Below, piece by piece: positions 19,889 to 28,938 of a stretch of DNA of 64,000 nucleotides. Source of the DNA: an uncultured Chloroflexia bacterium (GTDB lineage: Bacteria; Chloroflexota; Limnocylindria; Limnocylindrales; CSP1-4). Each line of letters starts with the position of its first letter. Position 1 is the first letter of the stretch. Both the position numbers and the translations under genes were made by a program. A model generated the notes under the pieces. It had not been told where the DNA came from, searched no databases, and was given only the letters and a program-made list of their open reading frames with translations. Location of the stretch: positions 1,507,473-1,571,472 of the forward strand of contig CAVXPZ010000001.1 of assembly GCA_963763775.1 (NCBI GenBank), written 5' to 3'.

Positions 19889-20017
19889 AGCCTCGCGAGC
19901 AACGGCGCGGCAAGCTCTCCGATTGTTCGGAAGTGCTCTGTGCTGGGCACCCACGCCTCCATCAGGCAACGCGGCACAACGGCAGTTCACCACCAACCTG
20001 GGGCAGTGGACGTCGGC

Positions 20018-20794
20018 CTACGAGTGCGACTCCTCTTCCGGCTCCTCGTACCACCTGACACGGTCCCCGATCCTCGCCCGGGCCTTCCAGGCAAATGACT
20101 TTGGAGCGGAGCGAAGGCGGTCGACGAGCTCCTGGGCCTGGCTGGCAGCGTCATATCGGGGTGGCTGGCTGAAGGTCAGTTCGACGGGTACGGGTTCCTC
20201 TGCGACGAACCGGACAAGCGTCTCGAGGGTCCCGGTCACGGTCCGCCACCACCCCCAGTCGCCACGTGTCAGGCGAACGATCGGCGCCGTCGTGATGCTG
20301 TGGCCATCCTGATTCGAGTCGGAGTCTGCGAGTGGCAATCCCGAAAGTAGGACAGTCGCATCGATCAGGTCCTTGCGGGTGACCTTCACCACTTGCAGCT
20401 TGCTGAGCAGCAAGTCCGTGGGCGAGATCGTCGGGCCCGGTCCGGCGAGCGACGACCTGAGGTCGAGGGTGTGGCACATCTCGAGTCGGTCGACGATCAC
20501 GTCCACCGGCCGACCACGCTCAGGATCGACGGCGTACAGCTGCTTGTGACCGGCGGCGGCGTTGTACCGGCGATCGGGCACGTACCCTTCGGCCTCCAGC
20601 ATCTCCAGGACGCGTCGCCGGCCCGCCGATGTGGTAGCCATGTCGAGGTCGCGTCCTGGCCGCTCGCCACGACCATGCCACCCTGGCACGAGGAGCTCGA
20701 CCGCTGCTCCGCCCAGCACCTGCAGTGGCACGCCACGGTCAGAGGCGATCGAAACGAGCCGCAACGCCTCGGCGCGCAGGCTAGCCTCCGTCAT
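20018..20794 (-). CDS. Uncharacterised nucleotidyltransferase-fold protein
   Basis: LGGAAV...RDLDM (GG..DxD), a third acidic residue in VDVIVD, and DLLLSKLQ..KDLID. Confidence 0.7.
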   Translation of the reverse strand: MTEASLRAEALRLVSIASDRGVPLQVLGGAAVELLVPGWHGRGERPGRDLDMATTSAGRRRVLEMLEAEGYVPDRRYNAAAGHKQLYAVDPERGRPVDVIVDRLEMCHTLDLRSSLAGPGPTISPTDLLLSKLQVVKVTRKDLIDATVLLSGLPLADSDSNQDGHSITTAPIVRLTRGDWGWWRTVTGTLETLVRFVAEEPVPVELTFSQPPRYDAASQAQELVDRLRSAPKSFAWKARARIGDRVRWYEEPEEESHS

Positions 20795-21813
20795 CGGGTC
20801 TCCGGGGCGATGCCGGACGATTCCCGCACGATCAGGCGGAGCTCGATCGACTCCGTGCGAGGCTCGCCACCCTCGATGAGATCGATCGCCATGGCGACGG
20901 CATCGGCGCCGATCCGCGCCGCCGGGATCTCGACCGTCGTCAACGCCGGCTCGAGCATGCGCGCAAGCTCGATGTCGTCGAAGCCGACGATCGAGACATC
21001 GCGCCCGACCTTCAGGCCGCGCTCGACGGCCGCCTTGTACGCGCCGGCGGCGAGAAGGTCGTCATCACAGAGGATCGCCGTCGGCCGGTGTTCGATGTCG
21101 AGGAGCTGGCCGGCGGCACGACTCGACGACTCGATGTCGAACCGGCTGGTGACCTGAGCCTGCGGGTCCAGCGGCAGTCCCGCTTCGTCCATCGCGGCGA
21201 GGTAGGCGCTGCGCCGTGCGTGGAAGGTCTCCTGGGCGAAGTTGGCACGCAGGTGGGCGATGTGGCGATGGCCGAGGCTCACGAGGTGCTCCATCGCCCG
21301 ATGGGCACCGCCGTAGATGTCGAGCTCGATGCTCGCGGCGTGCGAAGCATGCGCTTCCACCAGCACCACGTTCGCGCCCAGCCGCTGGACGTCCCGACTC
21401 GGCACCGGGTCGGCCGCGTAGACGATGCAGCCGTCGACGGCGCGAGCGGACATGATGTTCGCGAGCCAGTTGATCCAGTTCGGATCATCGCCGATGTCCA
21501 GCAGCATGACGGCGTTGCCGCGGGCTCGAGCGGCGCGCTCTGCCCCCAGCAGCACCGATGAGAAGAATGGGTTCGCGACATTGGGGACGACGAGAGCGAT
21601 CGCGTGGGTACGCCCGAGACGCAGGTTGCGCGCGGTCGCATTGGGCTGGTAGCCGAGCTCCTGCGCGATGCGCAGCACCGAGTCGCGCTGTTCGTCCGAG
21701 ATTCGCCCGTCCGACTTCCCTGTCATGACGAGCGAGACGGCCGCCTGGGAGACGCCCGCCGCGCGCGCGACGTCTCTCCCGGTCACTCGACGCTCCGCCT
21801 TCCTGGATTGCAT
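20791..21813 (-). CDS. LacI family transcriptional regulator
   Basis: VTGRDVARAAGVSQAAVSLVM, LGYQPNATARNL, NPFF, SIVGFDD, PALTTV. Confidence 0.93.
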   Translation of the reverse strand: MQSRKAERRVTGRDVARAAGVSQAAVSLVMTGKSDGRISDEQRDSVLRIAQELGYQPNATARNLRLGRTHAIALVVPNVANPFFSSVLLGAERAARARGNAVMLLDIGDDPNWINWLANIMSARAVDGCIVYAADPVPSRDVQRLGANVVLVEAHASHAASIELDIYGGAHRAMEHLVSLGHRHIAHLRANFAQETFHARRSAYLAAMDEAGLPLDPQAQVTSRFDIESSSRAAGQLLDIEHRPTAILCDDDLLAAGAYKAAVERGLKVGRDVSIVGFDDIELARMLEPALTTVEIPAARIGADAVAMAIDLIEGGEPRTESIELRLIVRESSGIAPETR

Positions 21814-21842
21814 CGGACCAGAGGGTATCAAGCGCCCGACCG

Positions 21843-22295
21843 TCAGTCGCCACGACCGAGCGATGCCCCGCCGAACCCGAACGGCAGCCAGTCCGGGATG
21901 GCGCCCCAACGGACGCGATCCGTGGTCAGCGACGCGTTGATCACGAGCACCTCCGGACCGAACTCGGCCAGCAGCTGCCGACAGACCCCGCAGCATGACG
22001 CCGGATCCTCATCACGAGTCACCGTCACGCACGCCCGGATGCCATGGGCTCCGCCGGACAGGGCCGCTCCGATCGCTGCTCGCTCAGCGCACAACGTCGC
22101 GGCGTAGGCCGCCAATTCGATGTTGCAGCCGCCGGTGATCGCCCCGCGATCGTCGAGCACCGCGGCACCCACTGGATAGCGCGAATACGGCGCCCGCGCA
22201 TGGCCTGCTGACTCGACCGCCACCGCGAGCAGCTCCCCGATCGAGGGGAGCTGGCTCGCGAGGGTCGGGTCGGATCTGAACCCCTCGTGGATCAT
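21843..22295 (-). CDS. cdd: Cytidine deaminase
   Basis: APYSRYPVGAA, GCNIE, CAERAAI, CGVCRQ (zinc ligands). The usual PC is seen as CC. Confidence 0.82.
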   Translation of the reverse strand: MIHEGFRSDPTLASQLPSIGELLAVAVESAGHARAPYSRYPVGAAVLDDRGAITGGCNIELAAYAATLCAERAAIGAALSGGAHGIRACVTVTRDEDPASCCGVCRQLLAEFGPEVLVINASLTTDRVRWGAIPDWLPFGFGGASLGRGD

Positions 22296-22299
22296 CTCG

Positions 22300-23932
22300 T
22301 CAGTCCGGCGGGATCTCGGCGTAGGCGAGGTCGATGTCGTACCCCTGGCGACGCCGTAGCGCCCGGCTGACGAAGTAGATGGCGATCCCGATCGGGAACA
22401 ACGCGATGCTGCCCCAGAACATCCCCGGGTTCACGTCGATGTTCACGCCGGAGCCAGGGTCGCGCACCATGTTCACGACGAGCAACAGGGCGCCGATCGC
22501 ACCGAGCACGCCGACGATCGTGAGGACCGGCACTTTCCCGATGAACCAGCCGACCGGCGACATCTCGTACAGGCTTCGGAACTTGTACGGGATGATCGCG
22601 GCCGCCAGACACGCCGAGCCCGAGGGCGCTGACCTGGCCGAAGGCACCGACCACGACCGTGAAGTAGCTCGTGTACGCCCAGGCCCAGGCGACCACGGCT
22701 GCAACGACCGTCACCAGGATCACCGCGTTGACGGGCGAGTTCGAACGCTCGCTGACCTTGGACAGGCTGTCCGGCACGACTCGGTCCATGGACCAGGCGA
22801 AGATGCACCGCGTCATGAGCAGGAGCGACATCGCGACGGTCGGGAACAGCCAGGACGCGAAGCCGATGATGATCATCGAACCCGACGATCGGGTTGCCGC
22901 TGGCGATGGCCGCCGTCTGCATGAACGTCGGGGCGCCGGCCAGCCCGGTGGCGTCGGCGCTGGCGGCTGCCAGCGGCCCCGAGGAACGACTGGCCGAGGC
23001 GCGTTCACCGCCAGGAGGGCCACCACCATCGCACCGACGAAGGCGATCGTGGCCGTGACCGGACCAGCCAGCAGCTGCGGGTCCGGGCAGACCTCACCTC
23101 GCCCGCGAAGTACGCGGAGCCCAGGTAGAACGGCATCGAGAACGCGGTCCAGGACACCGCCAGGATGGTGATCCCAAGATCGAACGGCGCAGCGGGTGCG
23201 TAGCCATTGGTGGCGGCGGACTGCGATGACCGCTGCGGACGCGTGCTGCACGCCCGTCGCGGTCGCGACGTAGGCGTCGAATGCAGCGATCGTGTTGGCT
23301 GGGGTCGAGGTGATGAGCACGACCGCGGTGACGGCCAGCCCGATGAGGCTCACGACCATCGTGTACTTGAACACCTTCAGGACGGTCCTGATGTTGCCCA
23401 AGATGAACAAGAGCGCGAACCCGAAGACGAACAGTTCACCGACGACGAAGATGGCGAACGGTGATGCGAGATCCGTCGACGCCTGCACCAGGCCGGGATT
23501 GTTCAGTTCGACCCCGAGGAACTGGGCCAGCGGCGACAGACCCCAGATGCAGAAGAAGTAGCCGGTCGACGTCAGGAACACCACGTTGAACAAGACGAAC
23601 ACGAAGTTCGCCGCGAAGCCGATCGATGGATGGATCGTGCGGCTGATGAACACGTAGTCGCCGCCGCTGCGCTTCATGACGGAGCTGGCGATCGCATACG
23701 TCCCGACGATCGGTATGGCGAGGACGAAGCCGATCGCCATCGTGAGGAAGATGTTCGCCCCTGGGTAGAACGCCAGAACGAGCCCGAGTATGAAGGCGAG
23801 CATGATCGGGAACGTCGCGACGTACATGTTGACGAACGACGCGTCCGTTGCCGAGGCTGCTCGCACCAGCCCTGACGACTTGCGGGCGAATACCGGGACG
23901 GCTCCCGTGCCAGACCCTACGCTGCTATCCAC
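22300..23932 (-). CDS. APC family permease (frameshifted)
   Basis: VFARKSSGLVR, RSGGDYVFISR, R..FAWSMDRVVP and C-terminal GYDIDLAYAEIPPD, spread over several frames. Confidence 0.8.
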
Positions 23933-23959
23933 ATCCTCCTCCTCTCCTTCTCGACCGAC

Positions 23960-24886
23960 TCATGCCACGACCAACTGGCACTGCTCCACTTTCCCGGGCC
24001 TGACCTGGATGACCGCGCCGAGCAGCGATCCCTGGTCGTACTCGCTCCCGGGGTTCACCACGGTAGATCCTCCGACCTTCACGACCCCGCGACTCTCGTG
24101 GATGTGCCCGTGAAGGCTGAGCAGTGGCTGGTACTGACGGAGGCCTTCGGCCACCGCGGTCGACCCGACCGGGATGAGATCCGGGGCGCCGGCGACGAGC
24201 TCGACTCTGAGGTCGTCCCCGAGCCGGGGCGCCACGTCGAGCCCTGACCCGTACGGAGGGACGTGGATATTCCAGATCGTCTGCGCCCGGTCGCCCGTCT
24301 CGAGGGCCTCCATGAGGAGACGCAGCTCAGACTCAGGCTTCTCGCGGTTCGTATGCCAAGGTGTTGGATTGCTCCATCCCACGCTGCCGAGCCAGAAACC
24401 GTCGATCTCGGTGATCCCGTCGGGCGGGCTGATCATCGGGCCCTCATTGAAGATGGGCGCGAGCTCATCGAAGTCGTCGTTACCGAGGCCCATGACGAGG
24501 CGGGTCGATGCCCCGATCCGGTCGCGGGCGAGCTGCACCCAGTCCCACGCTCGGCTGACGATCAGGTCGCGCAGCGTGTCCTCGACAAGCTCATGGGATG
24601 CTTGGAGCTGCGCCACGAACTCGCGATCGGTGCGGACGGAGTATGCCCCGTGGTCCGCGAGGCGGCCTTCGAGGGTGACGAGCTCCTCCTCCGTCGTCGC
24701 CTCGAAGTTGGCGCCCTGGAATGAGGCGCGCCAAGCGCTGGACTCGCGCACGATCGGCACGAGGTGCTTGCCCGCAGCATCGCCGCCCATGATCAGCCAG
24801 TCCGCCTTGTAGAACGCGGCCGCGTTCAGGAACTTCCTGAAGCAGCGGTTCGAGCCATGCAGGTCGCTGGCGAAGAAGATCCGCAT
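23960..24886 (-). CDS. Calcineurin-like metallophosphoesterase (Icc-related)
   Basis: SDLHG, GGD, GNDD, HVPP, HGHIHE, NPGS. Confidence 0.9.
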   Translation of the reverse strand: MRIFFASDLHGSNRCFRKFLNAAAFYKADWLIMGGDAAGKHLVPIVRESSAWRASFQGANFEATTEEELVTLEGRLADHGAYSVRTDREFVAQLQASHELVEDTLRDLIVSRAWDWVQLARDRIGASTRLVMGLGNDDFDELAPIFNEGPMISPPDGITEIDGFWLGSVGWSNPTPWHTNREKPESELRLLMEALETGDRAQTIWNIHVPPYGSGLDVAPRLGDDLRVELVAGAPDLIPVGSTAVAEGLRQYQPLLSLHGHIHESRGVVKVGGSTVVNPGSEYDQGSLLGAVIQVRPGKVEQCQLVVA

Positions 24887-24905
24887 CGAACGCTCTGACG
24901 GGGGG

Positions 24906-24952
24906 TTGACTGGATACAGAGGAAGTTATACGATTGACGTCCGATGTCAATC
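24906..24952 (+). promoter_or_regulatory. Sigma70-type promoter overlapped by a 21-bp palindromic operator
   Basis: TTGACT (24906), 17 bp spacer, TACGAT (24929). GATTGAC-N7-GTCAATC at 24932-24952. Confidence 0.6.
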
Positions 24953-25900
24953 CCTGATCTGGATCGCTCGCTCAGCCGCAACGCGGCAGGTCATCGACGG
25001 CCTGTTCGCTGCGGCGGCGACCGGGTTACCGCGGACGTGCTCGAGTGGTGGCACGTGGACGGCTATCTCGACGACGTGACGATCGCTCGCCGGTTCGCCG
25101 GCCACGACCAGCTCTACCCATACCTGGATGGTACTACCGCGCCTGCCGGACCTCGACTTCACGCCGGCGCGAATTATCGTCAGCGGCGACCTGGCCTCGG
25201 TCGAGTGGGCCGAGCGCTGCCATCTGCGAGCGCGTTCGACGGCGTGGCGGCGGACGGGCGAGCTGCGTTTCCGGGCATGGACCTGTTCGGCATCCGCGAC
25301 GGCAAGGTCGCCTGGGAGTCGAGCTGGTACGGCGACGCGTGGATGCGGCGCGACTCGAGGAACCCACGAGGCCCGGATGCGCCGCCGCCGCCGCTCCCAC
25401 GGCGCGGATCCTGGGAAGAGCCTTCGCGTCCCGACGAGCGGGGCGAGGCATCGAGCGCGGCGACGCGTGACGTCATCGACCGACTGTTCGCGGCCGAAAC
25501 CGGGGACACCGCACGAGTGCTCGAGCTGGTGGGCGAACGACGGCGTTCTCGACGACGTGACGCTTGCGATGCGTGTGCGCGGACACGATGAGTTACGCGT
25601 GTACCTCGACGAGTACTACGCCGGCTTGCCGACCTCGACTTCACCCCCCGGCGCATCCTCGTGGACGGCCCATGGGCCTCGTGAGTGGGCCGAGCGTTGC
25701 CACCTAGACGGTCCGTTCTTCGGCGCGTGCTGATGGGCGCGAACTACGGCTCCAGGCCGTGGACACGTTCGAGGTCCGTGACGGAAGGTGGTGTGGAGTC
25801 GGCTGGTATGGCGACGGCTGTTGATCGATCGGCTCCGAAGTGCGGACCGATCCGAGCTGCCAGCGGAGTTGCGTTCGGAGTGTCGTGGGATGAGGAGCGT
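24944..25900 (+). CDS. Tandem SnoaL/ester-cyclase (NTF2-like) domain protein, heavily frameshifted; boundaries approximate
   Basis: Two internal repeats: DDVT.A.R..GHD.L..YL..YY..LPDLDFTP.RI.V.G....EWAERCHL...ADGR....D.F..RDG.V.WES. Confidence 0.6.
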
Positions 25901-26039
25901 GGGCATGACAGAGCGCATCGAGTGGGTCTCGCGAACTGCCGATTGCTCGGGGTCGATCGCGACGAGTTCCAATGACACGCAGCGTTCGCAGGTAGGACGA
26001 TCGGACGGCATCACCTAGAGCCAAGACCGTGGCGCTCCT

Positions 26040-26435
26040 CTTGCGTTGAAGGCGCGCGCACGTTCGTCCCAGCTTCCTCGCCCGCGAGAGCGCGGGCGCG
26101 ATCGGAAGGGCTTGGCCCAGGCGGTCGGCGACCGCCTGCTCGAAGTCCTCGATCGGCATCTGCCACAGCGCTGATGCGTACGCGAAGAGCTGTCCGACGA
26201 CCGCGCGACGTATCTCGGGGTTCGCGCGGAGCTTGCACTCGACGAGGAGCACCGAACCGTCGAGGCCGATGCCGACCAGGTCGGCCGGGCCCGCGCCCGT
26301 CTGGACCTGGCGCGCGACCACCATCGGACCCGCTGACGCGCCAGGGAGGAGGTCAGGACTCGCGGCGAGCAGCTGTTCGAGCGCTTCCTCGTTGGGATAC
26401 GCGCTGACCTCCGGGCGCATGCCAGGCTCCCTCAC
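26040..26435 (-). pseudogene. PD-(D/E)XK (NucS-like) nuclease fragment, C-terminally truncated
   Basis: E..LEQLL...PDLL...GPADLVGIGLDGSVLLVECKL..NPEIRR.VVGQLFAYA, after which the protein-like sequence degrades near 26040-26090. Confidence 0.6.
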
Positions 26436-26468
26436 CGGCGCGGCGCATCAACAGCATCCCGTCCGACC

Positions 26469-27328
26469 CTACTCGCTGTCGCCGTGCGCGCGGCGCATCA
26501 GGTCGACGAGCAGCTCCTTGCTCTTGGCGAGATCGGCCTTCGTGAGCCGGATCCGGTACTGGCCGTAGCGCGCGCTGTACTCGAGCAGCTCGATGCCCGC
26601 GGTCTCGAGCTGCGCCTGCGTCTCCTCCGAACGCTCGACCCGGAGTTCCGCGACGACCCAGTCCTTGCGCGGCCTGAAGGTCATGAAGTTGTTCGGGTGG
26701 CCACCCTTCGCGAGGCCGATGTAGAACTTGTTGTACTTGAGCTCGAGCCCCGGATCGATCTCGCGGAGCCAGCCGAGCAGCTCGTCGATCATGCGCGAGC
26801 GTCTGCTTCGTTGCCGCGCTTCTCCCAGTAGGCGCGGTCGGTGACCTCGGCGATCTCCTCGTCCTCGTCGACGAGGCCGCGTTGCACCTCGTCGATCACC
26901 TTGCGTGAACACGAGCGAGACGTTCTCGCCGAGCCTGGATGGCGCTCAGCTGGATCGCGACGAGCGGGATCGCACCGTTGAACAGGCGCGATCACGTTCA
27001 GGAACCGGCTCGTGATGTCCTCGGCGACGATGACGGCGGCGTGGTCGTACTGCGGGTAGCGCTTGCGCTCGATGTCCCAGTACTCGATGGTGCGGATGAT
27101 GTGCGCCTCGTCGGTCTTGCCGAGCTGGATCTCGACCTCGTAGCGGTGGTTCGTCTCGGCGTCCTGGAGGAGGAGGTCGAGACGACCGGCCGGGGCTGGA
27201 TCCGCTCGCGGTCCTTGAGGACGAGGTCGCCGAAGCCCGAGGAGCGACGGGTCCTCGCCGATCCGATCCTGGAGCCAGCGCTCGTCGAGTTCGGGGTGGG
27301 TCTTGAGCCAGATGCGCTCGGGCTTGGC
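26469..27328 (-). pseudogene. PD-(D/E)XK-type nuclease / DUF5655-like protein; start missing, frameshifted
   Basis: AKPERIWLKTHPEL..., GRLDLLLQD..RYEVEIQLGKTDEAHIIRTIEYWD, C-terminal LKYNKFYIGL..NNF. The frame runs into the tRNA leader with no nearby start codon. Confidence 0.7.
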
Positions 27329-27336
27329 CCTCCCGA

Positions 27337-27412
27337 GCGGGAGTAACTCAGTTGGCAGAGTGTCAGCTTCCCAAGCTGAATGTCGCGGGTTCGAACCCCG
27401 TCTCCCGCTCCA
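27337..27412 (+). tRNA. tRNA-Gly (CCC)
   Basis: GCGGGAG/CTCCCGC acceptor stem, ACTC/GAGT D stem, TCAGC-TTCCCAA-GCTGA anticodon arm, GGTTCGAAC T loop, T discriminator, encoded CCA; 76 nt. Confidence 0.97.
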
Positions 27413-27554
27413 CCTTGCTCTTGTGCTCAGCGCGGCACCCGACCGGGCGTCCCCTCTGAACTCACTCGTCCCTCGGGCTGGCGATGACGCCCGTGAGGCG
27501 ATGCTCGCACCGACGATGGGCTGACCGGATCGCTCGGCCAGCCGAGAGGGTTCC

Positions 27555-28892
27555 ATGACCGAGAGCGTCACGCCCGGCCCGCACGGACCGCTCGCCAGCG
27601 TCCTGGAGATCCGCCGGGGTCCCGATGATGCGCACACCGGTGGCCTCGAGCACCGGGAGGCCCTGATCTACACGCTCGGCAAGGCCGCCGAGCTCGAGCA
27701 CCTCGTGATGCTCCAGTACCTGTTCGCGGCCTTCTCGCTCAAGCAGAAGGTCGACGAAGGACTCACCACCGAGACGCTTGCCGCCGTTCAGCGCTGGCGC
27801 GCGACCCTCCTGGGGATCAGCGCACAGGAGATGCTCCATCTCGCGCTCGTCCAGAACCTGCTGACGGCGGTCGGCGCTGCCCCGCGTTTCGCCCGCCCGA
27901 ACTTCCCGATGCCCGCCTACGCCTACCCGGCCGGTGTCCGGATCGAGCTGGTGCCGTTCGGCGAGGCCGCCCTCCGTCATTTCGCCTTCCTCGAGCGCCC
28001 GGACGGGATGGACGTCGAGGATGCCGAGGGGTTCGAGGCCATCGCGCAGGCCGTGGCCCTCCCGCACGAGGCGCACGACGCGATCGTCCCCCATCTCCTC
28101 GAGTTCGACACCATCGGCCAGCTCTACCGCTCCATCCAGGCAGGCCTGGCGTACCTGAACGAGCGGCTCGGGCCGGAGCGCCTGTTCATCGGGCCACCGG
28201 CCGCCCAGGCCACCGAAGCGCATTTCGGTTGGCCGGAGCTCGTTGCCGTCACCGACCTCCCCTCCGCACAGCGAGCCATCGACACGATCGTCGAGCAAGG
28301 CGAGGGCGCCCGTGGCGAGTGGCGCGACGCCCATTTCGGGCGCCTCCTCGGCATCCTCGACGAGTACCTCGAGCTCAAGCAGGCGGATCCGACCTTCGAG
28401 CCGGCCCGACCGGTCGTCGCCGCCAACGTCCGGCCGCAGCCGAGCGGGGTCGTGGTGCCGTTGATCACCGATCCGGGCACGACGCGCGCGATGGACTTGC
28501 TCAACGTCGTCTACGAAGTCCTGCTCCAGCTGCTTTCCCGCTATTTCGCCAATACGGACGAGTCGCCGGAGCAGCTCAAGGTCCTGGCCGATGTATCGGT
28601 CGGGCTGATGTACACGGCCATCAAGCCTCTCGGCACCGTCGTCACCACGCTGCCCGTCGGGCCCCACCTGCCGGGGGTCACGGCTGGCCCCGGGTTCGAG
28701 CTCTTCTACCAGGTCGACTACCTGCTCCCCCATCGGGAGGCGGCGTGGGTCCTGATGGAGGAGCGACTGCGAGATGCGGCGGCGTTCGCCGTCCGCTGCG
28801 GCGAGCTATGTACGCCAGCCCTGATGGAGCCGCTGGCCAAGGTGGCGAGGTCGCTCGAGAAGTCCGCCGACCAGCTTCTGGCCGCGACATGA
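27555..28892 (+). CDS. Ferritin-like domain protein (VioB C-terminal-like family)
   Basis: AAELEHLVMLQYLFAAFSLK, QEMLHLALVQNLLTAVG..P, FLERP, TIGQLY, IVEQGEG, AHFGR. Confidence 0.85.
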   Translation: MTESVTPGPHGPLASVLEIRRGPDDAHTGGLEHREALIYTLGKAAELEHLVMLQYLFAAFSLKQKVDEGLTTETLAAVQRWRATLLGISAQEMLHLALVQNLLTAVGAAPRFARPNFPMPAYAYPAGVRIELVPFGEAALRHFAFLERPDGMDVEDAEGFEAIAQAVALPHEAHDAIVPHLLEFDTIGQLYRSIQAGLAYLNERLGPERLFIGPPAAQATEAHFGWPELVAVTDLPSAQRAIDTIVEQGEGARGEWRDAHFGRLLGILDEYLELKQADPTFEPARPVVAANVRPQPSGVVVPLITDPGTTRAMDLLNVVYEVLLQLLSRYFANTDESPEQLKVLADVSVGLMYTAIKPLGTVVTTLPVGPHLPGVTAGPGFELFYQVDYLLPHREAAWVLMEERLRDAAAFAVRCGELCTPALMEPLAKVARSLEKSADQLLAAT

Positions 28893-28938
28893 AGTCGCGC
28901 GATCCCAGCCGGAACGCCGCGGCAGCATAATCCGCAGC

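Larger units (their letters stand above)
15238..27412. mobile_element. Tandem array of three integrase-less DNA blocks bounded by tRNA-Gly 5' copies
   Basis: Direct repeats at 15238, 17504, 19719 and 27329. Cargo is almost all antisense to the tRNA, with truncated nuclease genes at the tRNA junction. Confidence 0.65.

Noticed and set aside
20018-20794. AbiEii/MNT toxin-antitoxin or CBASS cyclase
   Set aside because: No adjacent antitoxin, HEPN or effector gene. It is the last gene of a LacI-containing metabolic-looking operon.
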